The position numbers and the translations under genes were made by a program. The notes under the pieces were generated by a model that saw only the letters and a list, made by a program, of their open reading frames with translations, made no database searches and had not been told where the DNA came from. A DNA stretch of 64,000 nt from an uncultured Acidobacteriota bacterium. GTDB lineage: Bacteria; Acidobacteriota; Terriglobia; Terriglobales; Acidobacteriaceae. Of the stretch, positions 7,940 through 17,200 are shown in pieces; the first letter of the stretch is position 1, and each line of letters opens with the position of its first letter. The stretch covers positions 197,468 through 261,467 of the forward strand of contig CAWIQL010000003.1 in the NCBI GenBank assembly GCA_963838255.1, given 5' to 3'.

Positions 7940-9151
7940 ATGGCGCAGCACCTGGATGCGATTCACCACCCCAACAGCTACGACGCGTCTGTCGAGGGCG
8001 AAGCGATGCAACGCGAGTCAACTTCTACTCCAATGAGCAATCAACTTACTCGTCGCGACTTCGCTATCCGCACCGCCGGCTTTGGTCTGGCTATGGGACT
8101 CGTGCCTGCTGCCGCGCTGGCGGAGGCTCAGCAAGCCTCGCGCGCAGAAATTTCGCCGGCTGTCGCGAACCCAAATTTCCTTGACCCATATTCCCTCGTC
8201 GATCCAGAACTTCTTCCTGTGCTCAAGCAATTCCCCGCCTTTGACATCACAGCGGAGATGGTCCGCCAGTTCCGGCAAATGCCCGGCCTGCCCGCGTTAC
8301 CTGCTCCTGCACCGCAGCCCGTGGAGCGGCATATCCCCGGGGCGCCGGGAGCACCCGAGGTTCGCGTGTGGGTTCTTGATCCTGCGCCGTCGGAGAAGGG
8401 CAAGCCGTTGTTGCTCCACATGCATGGCGGCGGATTCATGATGACCGATCCGAATTTGATGCCCCGGCTGCAGGAGATCGCGACGGATTGCCATTGCGTC
8501 GTCGTCTCGGTCGACTACCGGCTGGCTCCGGAGACGCGCTATCCGGGCGCGCTGGAGGATAATTACGCGGCGCTGAAATGGGTTCATGCCCATGCGGAGG
8601 AGCTCGGCATTGATCGCTCCAGGATTGCCGTGGGCGGTGAGAGCGCGGGCGGCGGCCACGCAGCCAGCCTGGCGATTCACGCGCGCGACCGCAAGAAACT
8701 CGATCACAGCGAAGATGACGTTCCCATCTGCTTCCAGCTACTCATCTACCCGCAGCTGGACGACCGAACGGGCAGCTCCAACCCAGCGCCGCCCGCCATT
8801 GGCCGCTTTATGTGGACTGCGAGTGCGAATCGCTTGGCCTGGAGCTCGCTGCTCGGCGTTCCGGCGGGTTCGTCGAAGGTGCCGGTAGCAGCCGCACCTG
8901 CCCGCGTAGCCAGCGTCACCGGCCTGCCGCCTGCGTGGATCGGCGTCGGTTCCATCGACCTGTTCGTCGAAGAAGACATGGAGTATGCGCGCCGGCTCGT
9001 CCATGCCGGAGTCGCCACCGAACTCCTGGTCGTGCGTGGCGCCTTTCACGGATTTGATCTTCTCGTGCCGGATGCCGAAGCCTCCAAACAATTCAGCGCG
9101 AGCTGGAAGTCTGCGCTGCGCAAGGCATTCGCCACTGGTAAAGCTGTTTAG
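7940..9151 (+). CDS. alpha/beta hydrolase, HSL-type esterase/lipase with Tat-like signal (alternative start 8033)
   Basis: HGGG box (LHMHGGGF), nucleophile elbow GESAGG and C-terminal FHGF. Twin-arginine signal MSNQLTRRDFAIRTAGFGLAMGLVPAAALA starts at 8033. The first 31 codons from 7940 resemble a YCII N-terminus. Confidence 0.85.
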   Translation: MAQHLDAIHHPNSYDASVEGEAMQRESTSTPMSNQLTRRDFAIRTAGFGLAMGLVPAAALAEAQQASRAEISPAVANPNFLDPYSLVDPELLPVLKQFPAFDITAEMVRQFRQMPGLPALPAPAPQPVERHIPGAPGAPEVRVWVLDPAPSEKGKPLLLHMHGGGFMMTDPNLMPRLQEIATDCHCVVVSVDYRLAPETRYPGALEDNYAALKWVHAHAEELGIDRSRIAVGGESAGGGHAASLAIHARDRKKLDHSEDDVPICFQLLIYPQLDDRTGSSNPAPPAIGRFMWTASANRLAWSSLLGVPAGSSKVPVAAAPARVASVTGLPPAWIGVGSIDLFVEEDMEYARRLVHAGVATELLVVRGAFHGFDLLVPDAEASKQFSASWKSALRKAFATGKAV

Positions 9152-9223
9152 CAGAGCTGAAAGTTTGTCGCGGCAGAGTGCGGGGCAAAGCGCGGGGCAG
9201 CGAGAAACATTTCCTGGACGGTT

Positions 9224-9250
9224 TGTCGAATTCGGGTGCGGTCGTTCGAC
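9224..9250 (+). promoter_or_regulatory. putative ECF promoter P3 (TGTCGA-N16-TCGAC)
   Basis: TGTCGA at 9224-9229 and TCGAC at 9246-9250, 54 nt upstream of YCII gene 9304. Confidence 0.5.
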
Positions 9251-9303
9251 TATATGGTGAAGGCACGGCAGCCGCGCCGCCCGGAACGAAGAGGAGAAGC
9301 ACA

Positions 9304-9705
9304 ATGAAATACGTTTGTTTTGGCTACTACGACAAAGGCAAATTTGACGGCATGAGTGAGGCTGAGCGAAACACCATTTTCGATACATGCTTTGAATATG
9401 ACGACCATCTTCGCGCCAGCGGGAACTGGGCCGGCGGAGAAGCGCTTCAGGGGCCGGAGACCGCCCTGACCCTGTATTGGAAAAACGGCAAGGTGGCCAC
9501 GACCGACGGCCCCTATGCCGAAACCAAAGAACAACTCGGCGGCATTCTCGTCCTCGAGGCGCGGGACATGAATCATGCTGTGCAGCTCATCGGCCAGCAT
9601 CCGGGTCTGACGTACGGCAACATTTTCGAGATTCGGCCAGCCGGGGACATGAACGAAATCATGAAGGCAAGCGTGCAGCGACGGAGACAGAACACCGCAC
9701 GCTGA
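9304..9705 (+). CDS. YCII/DGPF-domain protein, paralog 3
   Basis: AGGAGA Shine-Dalgarno, ATG at 9304. Contains the motif TTDGPYAETKEQLGGILVLEARDMNHAVQL. Confidence 0.85.
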   Translation: MKYVCFGYYDKGKFDGMSEAERNTIFDTCFEYDDHLRASGNWAGGEALQGPETALTLYWKNGKVATTDGPYAETKEQLGGILVLEARDMNHAVQLIGQHPGLTYGNIFEIRPAGDMNEIMKASVQRRRQNTAR

Positions 9706-9721
9706 AACAGGAAGAAAAACA

Positions 9722-10474
9722 ATGCGGAAAAATAAAGTTGGCACAATCGCAATCAGAAGCTTCGCGCTGCTGGCTGTGCTCGGTTCGATGTACTTTGGCA
9801 CGGCGAGTCAGGCGATGGCGCAGGATGCCATGACACCGCCTACTACCACGACGCACACGAAGATGGCCCCGATCGAACAATACCTCATGGCCGACCAAGC
9901 TGCTGAAATCGCCCTGGCGCGAAGTGCTGCGCCGGAGTCCATTGCACGTGATGCCGAAGTGCTGGTTCTTGGACGGCATGGTTTTGAAACGGCGGTCAAA
10001 GGCAAGAACGGTTTCGTGTGTATCGTGGGACGTTCGTGGACATCTGCGGCGGATGCTGACTTTTGGGATCCGAAAGTGCGGGTGCCCATGTGCGTGAACG
10101 CGGCAGGCGCGCACACCTACCTTCTGCGAGTCGCCAAAGAGACCGAGTGGGGACTGGCGGGGCGTACGCCCGCTCAGATCACCGAGTCCGTCACCGCTGC
10201 CCTCGCCAAGAAAGAACTGCCGACGATGGAATCCGGGGCGATGTGCTACATGCTGTCGAAGCAAGGCTACGGCGGCGCGACCGTCCCCCACTGGCCGCCT
10301 CACCTCATGTTTTTCTATTCGGACACCGACCCCGCAATTTGGGGAGCGAATCTGCCGGGCTCTCCCGTCGTGGCTATGAGCGACCCTGTGGAGCACCTGA
10401 CGCAGTTCGTGATTCCCGTGCAACGCTGGTCAGATGGAACCGAAGCCGGCGAAACCGCCGGGCATCATCATTAA
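9722..10474 (+). CDS. secreted hypothetical protein
   Basis: 250 aa with signal peptide MRKNKVGTIAIRSFALLAVLGSMYFGTASQAMAQ. No family recognised. Confidence 0.6.
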   Translation: MRKNKVGTIAIRSFALLAVLGSMYFGTASQAMAQDAMTPPTTTTHTKMAPIEQYLMADQAAEIALARSAAPESIARDAEVLVLGRHGFETAVKGKNGFVCIVGRSWTSAADADFWDPKVRVPMCVNAAGAHTYLLRVAKETEWGLAGRTPAQITESVTAALAKKELPTMESGAMCYMLSKQGYGGATVPHWPPHLMFFYSDTDPAIWGANLPGSPVVAMSDPVEHLTQFVIPVQRWSDGTEAGETAGHHH

Positions 10475-10480
10475 GTATTA

Positions 10481-10570
10481 GCATCAGCATCGCCGCCCAC
10501 CCTTGCAAAGAGCGCAAGGAGGGGGCCCCCTTCGCGGGAATGGTGTACGCGAGAATCGTTAAAAGACTGG
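10481..10570 (+). mobile_element. MITE-like element, family A, right-end fragment A4
   Basis: gcatcagcatcgccgcccacccttgcaaagagcgcaaggagggggccccc plus the tail ggaatggtgtacgcgagaatcgttaaaagac, which matches the A1 right end and tail. Confidence 0.55.
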
Positions 10571-10617
10571 TCCCCCGCCGCGATTGCGCGTGGCCGATAA
10601 AATTTAGAGAGGATCCA

Positions 10618-11175
10618 ATGAGAAATGTAATCTACGCCATCAACCTTACGCTGGATGGCTGCTGCGACCATACCAAATTCAATCCCGATGACGACTTACT
10701 TGAACATTACACGCAGCTTTTGCGAGATGATGCCGGCGTGCTCGTCTACGGGCGTAAAACCTACCAATTGATGGTTCCTTATTGGCCTGATATCGCGAAA
10801 AGCCAGTCCGAGACCAAAGCGGATATCGAATTTGCTCAAGCATTTGATTCCCTCAACAAGATTGTTTTTTCACGATCCTTGGGCAGCGCTGAAGATAAAA
10901 AGACGAGAATTGTTCGCTCAAACCTTCGCGACGAAATACTTAAATTGAAACAAAAACCAGGCAAAAGTATTTTGGTCGGCGGTGTAGATGTTCCTTCACA
11001 GCTTATCGAGCTTGGTCTGATTGATGAATTTCGTTTTGTCGTTGCGCCAATCATTATTGGGAAAGGGAGACGGTTGTTCGAAGGTGTCAGCCTGCCGGAA
11101 AAGCGCCGGTTAAAACTGGTTGAGTCGAAGACTTTTAAATCGGGAAGTGTTGCGCTTCGTTACTTGAAGCAGTGA
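10618..11175 (+). CDS. dihydrofolate reductase-like protein (RibD C-terminal domain family)
   Basis: ATG at 10618. MRNVIYAINLTLDGCCDH...VYGRKTYQLMVPYW...ILVGGVDVPSQLIELGLIDEFRFVVAPIIIGKGRRLFE is typical of PF01872-type proteins. Confidence 0.8.
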   Translation: MRNVIYAINLTLDGCCDHTKFNPDDDLLEHYTQLLRDDAGVLVYGRKTYQLMVPYWPDIAKSQSETKADIEFAQAFDSLNKIVFSRSLGSAEDKKTRIVRSNLRDEILKLKQKPGKSILVGGVDVPSQLIELGLIDEFRFVVAPIIIGKGRRLFEGVSLPEKRRLKLVESKTFKSGSVALRYLKQ

Positions 11176-11290
11176 CAGGGAAATCTGCGAAAGCCGCGCT
11201 GCTGGCGGGTGGCCCATGCAAGCCGCCCTTTGACTTGAGTGGGGCGTTCCGCTGAGGCGAAACTGCGGACAGACGGGAATGTTCCCAATT

Positions 11291-11785
11291 TTAGCCCTTG
11301 TTCTCCTGAACGCCAGTGATGAGGAGCCACGCGGCTGAAATGAAAAAGGCGAAGGAGAGCACCATCGCTACGGAGGCCACGTAAAGTCCCGCAACATGCC
11401 CCGATATAAATAAGACCGAACCTATGATCTGAGCTAAGTAACAACCTGTGCCCACAATGAAGCGACCAATGCTGAGCCCCACTGAGCTTCGGCCTATCTT
11501 TGTGGCCTGGACGTATACCCGTATGTAAGTGACCGTCGGAACCAGCGTAACCACTAACCATTCAGCGCCGATCCATTGATAGCTTTGATTTCCAATGAGG
11601 GCCAATGCACAGATCATGAAGACGGCGGTGAAGCCCGTTAAGGTTGCGATGGCACGATTTTTGTGGGTTGCATCCCGAGTGATGATCGGAAGGTTCATCG
11701 ACATGGCGATAAACACCAGGCCCGCAAGCGCTGCCGCTCCGCCTCCCACCATAACGAAGAAATTGCTCCATTCGCCGATGCCCAT
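11291..11785 (-). CDS. integral membrane protein, hypothetical
   Basis: 164 aa with about 5 hydrophobic helices. No family recognised. Confidence 0.6.
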   Translation of the reverse strand: MGIGEWSNFFVMVGGGAAALAGLVFIAMSMNLPIITRDATHKNRAIATLTGFTAVFMICALALIGNQSYQWIGAEWLVVTLVPTVTYIRVYVQATKIGRSSVGLSIGRFIVGTGCYLAQIIGSVLFISGHVAGLYVASVAMVLSFAFFISAAWLLITGVQENKG

Positions 11786-11857
11786 CGCGCTTTATGATAC
11801 TAAAAAGATAATAGGTCGGGCGGGGTACCCGCCGTAGACATTCCAGAGAGGACACGC

Positions 11858-12250
11858 ATGAGAATTACGTCAATTGTTGCTCGCTACCTACTGGGCCTAA
11901 CCTTTACGGTCTTTGGGCTGAATGGATTTGTCAACTTCATCCACCAGCCGCCCCCGGCGAATCCACTGGCAATGCAGTTCTTTGTTGCCGTCAGCACATC
12001 GCACTTTGCCGCCTTCTTTTTCGCTGTGCAGGTTCTTGGCGGACTGCTGCTGCTCTCCGGCTACTTCGTGCCACTGGCGCTGACGCTGCTGGCGGCGGAG
12101 CTCTACAACATCCTTGCGTTTCACCTGACGCTTGCGCCGGCGAGCATTCCTCCGGCTCTGGTGGCCGGTGTTCTGTGGGTGCTGGTCTTCCTTCAGTACC
12201 GCCAAAGCTTCAAGGGCATCTTCAGCGCGAAGCCTGCGACGCAGCCGTGA
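11858..12250 (+). CDS. small integral membrane protein (DoxX-like topology)
   Basis: 130 aa with 4 hydrophobic segments. The family assignment is tentative. Confidence 0.55.
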   Translation: MRITSIVARYLLGLTFTVFGLNGFVNFIHQPPPANPLAMQFFVAVSTSHFAAFFFAVQVLGGLLLLSGYFVPLALTLLAAELYNILAFHLTLAPASIPPALVAGVLWVLVFLQYRQSFKGIFSAKPATQP

Positions 12251-12354
12251 ATCGCAGCGAAATGATGAGGGAAAGCGGGCGGCGACGTCGACATCTATGG
12301 GATGGCTAGTAGCGCACTTCTATTCGCGCGCCTCGGGAGCAGGCAAGTTCTTTT

Positions 12355-13275
12355 TTAGTGCTTCTTGTCCTGCTTGCCCACTGGCTTATTTGGGTTGTAG
12401 CCGGAGTTCGGGTCGAACATGGCGGGGTCGAGCGGTTGATTGATGGTGACGGAGTTTAGGAAGCGCTGGCTGGCCATGTCTCCGTTGAAAAAGCGGGTAA
12501 AGCTGTAAGGCACCATCACGCCGGAAGCCGAGCGGTAATTCTCATAGACTTCTTCTTCCAGATTCTTCTGTTTGTCCACCGGATCGCGCCAGGTGAACGA
12601 CTTCTTGACCGGAAGATGCGTGTCGTTGTCGAAGTAGAGGGTGACGGCTTCATCGTGCGCGTTGATCAGAGTGACCTGCTGCGAAGGATGCTGCGCCGCG
12701 ATGGCGAATCCCTCTGACAGCAGCACCACGCTGGGGTCGTTCACCCAGGTGCGCAGCACGATGTCGAGCGAGAACTTGCGGCGGCGCAGGTAGTCTTCGA
12801 GATCCTTTTTCTCTAACGGATGCGCGCCCTTGTACGTGAGCTCCCAAGCCCTGTTGCCGACGTAGAGTTCGGCGATGTCGCGCTCTTTGGTAAGTTCGAG
12901 GCGCTCCTTGTCAGGGAATTCGTAGAAGCCCCAGAACACGCCGCCGGCGCCGGTTGCCCGCCCATGATGGAATCCGTAGATGCGGCCCTGCTGTTCGCGG
13001 TCTCGCAGGTTGAGATAATTCTGCCCGCCCAGCGCCTGAATGGCCTGCTCGAGAATAGCCTTGGCTTTGCGGGCGTTATCCTGATCGGCGGGAACGGGCG
13101 CGGGGTTGGCTTGCCCTGAATTGGTTGAAGCCGAGCCGGCCCCTTGCTGTCCAGCTTGCGGTGAAGCCGGCTGCTGCGAGGTCATCTGAAGAGACTGCGC
13201 CGGTGGGCGAGGCTCTTCGCCCGCCTGCAGCCAGGCTGAACACACCAAAACCAGAATCGGGAAAAGCTGTTTCAT
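12355..13275 (-). CDS. secreted hypothetical protein
   Basis: ATG at 13275 is preceded by AGGTGGA. Signal peptide MKQLFPILVLVCSAWLQA, then a low-complexity Q/A/P-rich linker. Confidence 0.6.
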   Translation of the reverse strand: MKQLFPILVLVCSAWLQAGEEPRPPAQSLQMTSQQPASPQAGQQGAGSASTNSGQANPAPVPADQDNARKAKAILEQAIQALGGQNYLNLRDREQQGRIYGFHHGRATGAGGVFWGFYEFPDKERLELTKERDIAELYVGNRAWELTYKGAHPLEKKDLEDYLRRRKFSLDIVLRTWVNDPSVVLLSEGFAIAAQHPSQQVTLINAHDEAVTLYFDNDTHLPVKKSFTWRDPVDKQKNLEEEVYENYRSASGVMVPYSFTRFFNGDMASQRFLNSVTINQPLDPAMFDPNSGYNPNKPVGKQDKKH

Positions 13276-13421
13276 TCCACCTGAGGGAGTGATCGCGTTC
13301 AATCAGAATTGTAGCGTTTCTTGTGGACTTTCCGCCTGCGGCTGTGAAAGGTCCTTGCCAGTCTTAGATGCAGGAATCGACCGGAATGCAAGCCGGGGGG
13401 GCGGGAGTTTTTCGCGTGACC

Positions 13422-14225
13422 TCACCCCGCCAGCACCGCGCCGCCATTCACATTAAACACTTCCCCGCTGATGAACCCCGCATGCTCAGTACACAAAAAC
13501 AGCACCGGCGCGGCAATCTCCTCGGGGCGCCCTACGCGGCACAGCGGGATCGTGCTGCGAATCTTCTCCCCGGTCGTCGGATCGGCGAGTGCTCCGGCGC
13601 TCATATCGGTATCGACCCAGCCTGGCGCGACGCAATTTACATAGATGCCCTCCGGCGCCAGTTCGCTCGACAAGCTCTTGGTCAGGCTGATGATTGCGCC
13701 CTTCGTCGCCGCATAATCGCAATGAAACGCCTCGCCGCGCTGCCCGCTGGTGGAGCTGATCAGGACGATGTGTCCCGCAGGCGCGCCGCCAGGCTGCGAC
13801 TTCGTTTGAGCTTTGATCTGCGCCTTCATCTGAAAGACTGCGTATTTCACCAGTCCGAACACGCCATCGAGATTAATGGCCAGCGTGGAGCGCCATTGCT
13901 CGTCCGGCATGCGATCGATGGCCACGTCCTGCTCCGGCCACACACCGTGGTTGGCGACCAGAATGTCGACCCGTCCAAAATGCCGCACGGTCTCGGCCAC
14001 CAGCGCGCGGGCGGCTTCGGGGTTATCCAAGTCTGACGCGATGGGATAACAAACGTCAGCCCCGCATTCTTTGGCCAGAGCATCCGCCTGCGCGCGAGCG
14101 CTGCGATAACTGAAAGCGACTTTGGCGCCCGCGGCCGTAAACATCCGCACCGTGGCTGCGCCAATGCCGCGCGATCCGCCAGAAATGAGAGCAACTTTAC
14201 CGGAGAGAGAAAGAGGGATGGACAT
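13422..14225 (-). CDS. short-chain dehydrogenase/reductase (FabG-like)
   Basis: Contains VALISGGSRGIGAA (the TGxxxGxG box), LVANHG, and YAATKGA (the YxxxK catalytic motif). Confidence 0.85.
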   Translation of the reverse strand: MSIPLSLSGKVALISGGSRGIGAATVRMFTAAGAKVAFSYRSARAQADALAKECGADVCYPIASDLDNPEAARALVAETVRHFGRVDILVANHGVWPEQDVAIDRMPDEQWRSTLAINLDGVFGLVKYAVFQMKAQIKAQTKSQPGGAPAGHIVLISSTSGQRGEAFHCDYAATKGAIISLTKSLSSELAPEGIYVNCVAPGWVDTDMSAGALADPTTGEKIRSTIPLCRVGRPEEIAAPVLFLCTEHAGFISGEVFNVNGGAVLAG

Positions 14226-14287
14226 AGCAGGCTAGTTTTCCAGTTTCCGGTGGGCCGTGGCAAGCGGCGGGATCACGCTGGGCTGGG

Positions 14288-17200
14288 TCAGCTTCCTGAG
14301 GACGGCGCGCGCTCCGACTTCAGGCCGCGCAGCAGCAGGCGCACCAGCATGCCGTCAAAGCGCGTGCCGCTCATCTTCGAGAGTTCGTCGAGAGCCTGCT
14401 CCGGCGTACGCGCCGCCGAGAACGACTGCTCGGTTACCATGTTGGCGTAAGCATCGGTCAACGCGATGATGCGCGCCCACAGCGGAATCTCCTCGCCGCG
14501 CAGGCCGTCAGGATAGCCTGAGCCGTCGAAGCGCTGGTGATGATGTTCGATCGCCTCGCGCATCATGCGGCTGTGCGGGATGCTGCCCACAATCTCCGCG
14601 CCCACGTGGGCGTGCATTCTCACCTGGAGAAATTCCTCTTCGCCGAGCGGACCCGGCTTGTTGAGCACGCGCTCGGCAACGAAAATCTTGCCCACGTCGT
14701 GCACCCGGGCGGCGTAAACCAGGTCGGTAGTTTCTTCCGCCGACAGCCCCAGGCCGCGGGCAATCACTTCGGTATAGCGTGCCACCAGATCGCCGTGGCC
14801 GGCGGTTTGCAACTCGCGGGACTCGGCCGCCCGGCTGAGCGACTCGATGGCTTCTTTCAACAGGGGCACATTGCAGTCTTCGTCGCCGCCGCAAAGCTTG
14901 TAGAGCGTCGACGTCAGTTCCTCGAGGTGTTCCGGTCCAGTGTGTTCGCGCTGTAGGAAGCCCTCGATATAGGCCGAAATCTGCTGGCGCTGGCGCGCGA
15001 AATCCTGGCCTTCGACAAATTCCTGCGCCGTCGAAACCGAATTGCCTCCCGAGCGCTTGGAGACGTACATGCCGGCATCGGCCACGCGGATGATGTCTTC
15101 GATGCTGAAGCCGTGCATGGGAAAACTCGCGACTCCGAAGCTGCCCGTTACGTGATGTTCGGCGAGCATGGGATCGCTAGCCAGCCACTGGCGCAGGCGC
15201 TCGGCCAGCACCTGGGCCTGTTCCGAGCCGGTCTCGGGCATCAGGACGATGAATTCGTCGCCGCCGTAGCGGGCCACCACGTTCGACTGGCGCGATTTCT
15301 GTTCGAGCAGCCGGCCCACGCGGGCCAGCACCAAATCGCCCTCGAAGTGGCCCATGGTGTCATTGACCTGTTTGAATTTGTCCAGATCGATCAGCACCAC
15401 CGAGAACGGCCTGCCGGATCGCGAAGCCCGTTTCCACTCCGCCGACAAAGCTTCCCAGAAAAAGCGGCGAGTCTTGATTCCCGTCAGGCCGTCGGTAATG
15501 GACTGCTGTTGCAGCTTCTGAAACACGAACGCGTTATGGAGCGCGGTGGCGAGCAGGTCAGCCAGCGTATTGAGAATCAGAACATCCTGCGGGGAAAATG
15601 CATTCTCGCCGCGGCTCTCAATGTTGAGCACGCCCAGCAGTGATTCTCCGTAAGTGATGGGAATGCAAAGCACGGCGCGCGAGTCCGGCAGAATTCCCGT
15701 GAGATTGCCAGGCAACGCGTTCTGCACCAGGGCACGCTCGCCCGTGCGGGCCACGCGGCCGAGAATGCCGGTCCCGAGCGGGATACGCCGCCCTGTGGCG
15801 TGCGCAGTTACGCCGGCCTCGGCCTTGATCTCGATCTCTTTGGTTCCATAGTCGAGCAGGCCAATGCCGATGTGATCGAAACTGAAATTCTTCTGAATCT
15901 CGTCCGCGATTTCGCCTAGCATGTGGACGGGATCGTCGCTGGAGATCGCAGTGCGGGACACATTATTCAGAAACGCCAGTTGCCGCGACCGCCGCTGCTC
16001 GTCGGCAAACAGGCGGGCATTCTCCACCGCGACCGAAACCTGTCCCGCAGCCGTGACCAGTACATCGAGATCGCGTTGCTCGAAAACGAACTCGCGGTCG
16101 GGATTCATGGCGACCATGATTCCGCAGGACTTGTTGCCCAGAAGAATCGGAGCGGCGATCAGGCATTTGGCGGGGCGCTGCGGCACGTGGCTGATGCCTA
16201 GATCTTTGCGCGTGTTTTCGAGATCGGATCGGATCAGCAGGGGCTCGCCGTTGCGAATGACAAATTCGGTGAACGCATTCCGCAGTTCGCGGCTGCGCTT
16301 GGGCAGAACGCGATTGTCTCTGACCTCCAGCTCGAAGCGGATCTGCTCCGACTCCTGAAATGCGATGTAGAAGTGGGTGGTATCGAAGATCTGCCCCAGC
16401 TCGACTTGAATCGTGCGTAGGATTTCGTCCTGATCGAGCCGCGAACTGATCGCCTTACCGATGTCGGTGAGCAGTTCGTATTCTTTGGTGCGGCGATGCG
16501 CGTCGTGACTGACTACATAGTTTTCCAGAGTCAGGCCAAGCTGCAGCGACAGACCCACCATCAGCCGCGGGCCAGACGATCCGAAGGCGCGGCGCTCGGC
16601 ATGAGGAAAGAGAATCACGCCGAAGTTATGTTCGCGCGTCTGCAGGTTCACTGCAGTTAAATGGCGAACTTCCGCTTCCGTGAGAATCTTCTTGAACTCC
16701 GCGTAGGTGCCCACGGTTGCCAGGGGGAGCGGTTCCGTCATCTCGGCGAGATCCTGCACGGTGAAAATTCCGTTGTGCCGGTAGGCCAGATCGCAGATGT
16801 AGTCGCCCGCCCCGCTGCTCTCGAGCGCGTCCAGGAAGGCAGGCGAGAAGCCCTGCTGCACTGAAGGCAACAAACCGCGCCAGCGTTCGGTAATGACGAT
16901 GGCGGTGCGTTCCATAGGCAGAGCGCTGCGCAAACGCTCCAGCGCGGCTTGCATGTTGGGCACCAGATCCTCGGCGAACAGCAGACGCCGCGCGTCCACG
17001 CCCAGAGTCGATAGCGCCAGAGTATTTTCCTGCACGGCATTGCGCTGGTTTTCAAACAGCACCATCACCATGGCAATGCCCAGCAGCATCTGCGGCACCG
17101 GGCCAAACAGACGGTTGGCGTTGACAAACGATTCGCCCAACGGACTCTGCAACTGCCCCATCGCCATGAGCACGGCCCACAGCGCCAGCGAGATAGCGAG

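Noticed and set aside
10063-10617. The N-terminal 185 codons of track ORF 10063..11175.
   Set aside because: This part overlaps the secreted-protein gene 9722..10474 in another frame and runs through MITE fragment A4. The recognisable DHFR-like sequence begins at ATG 10618.
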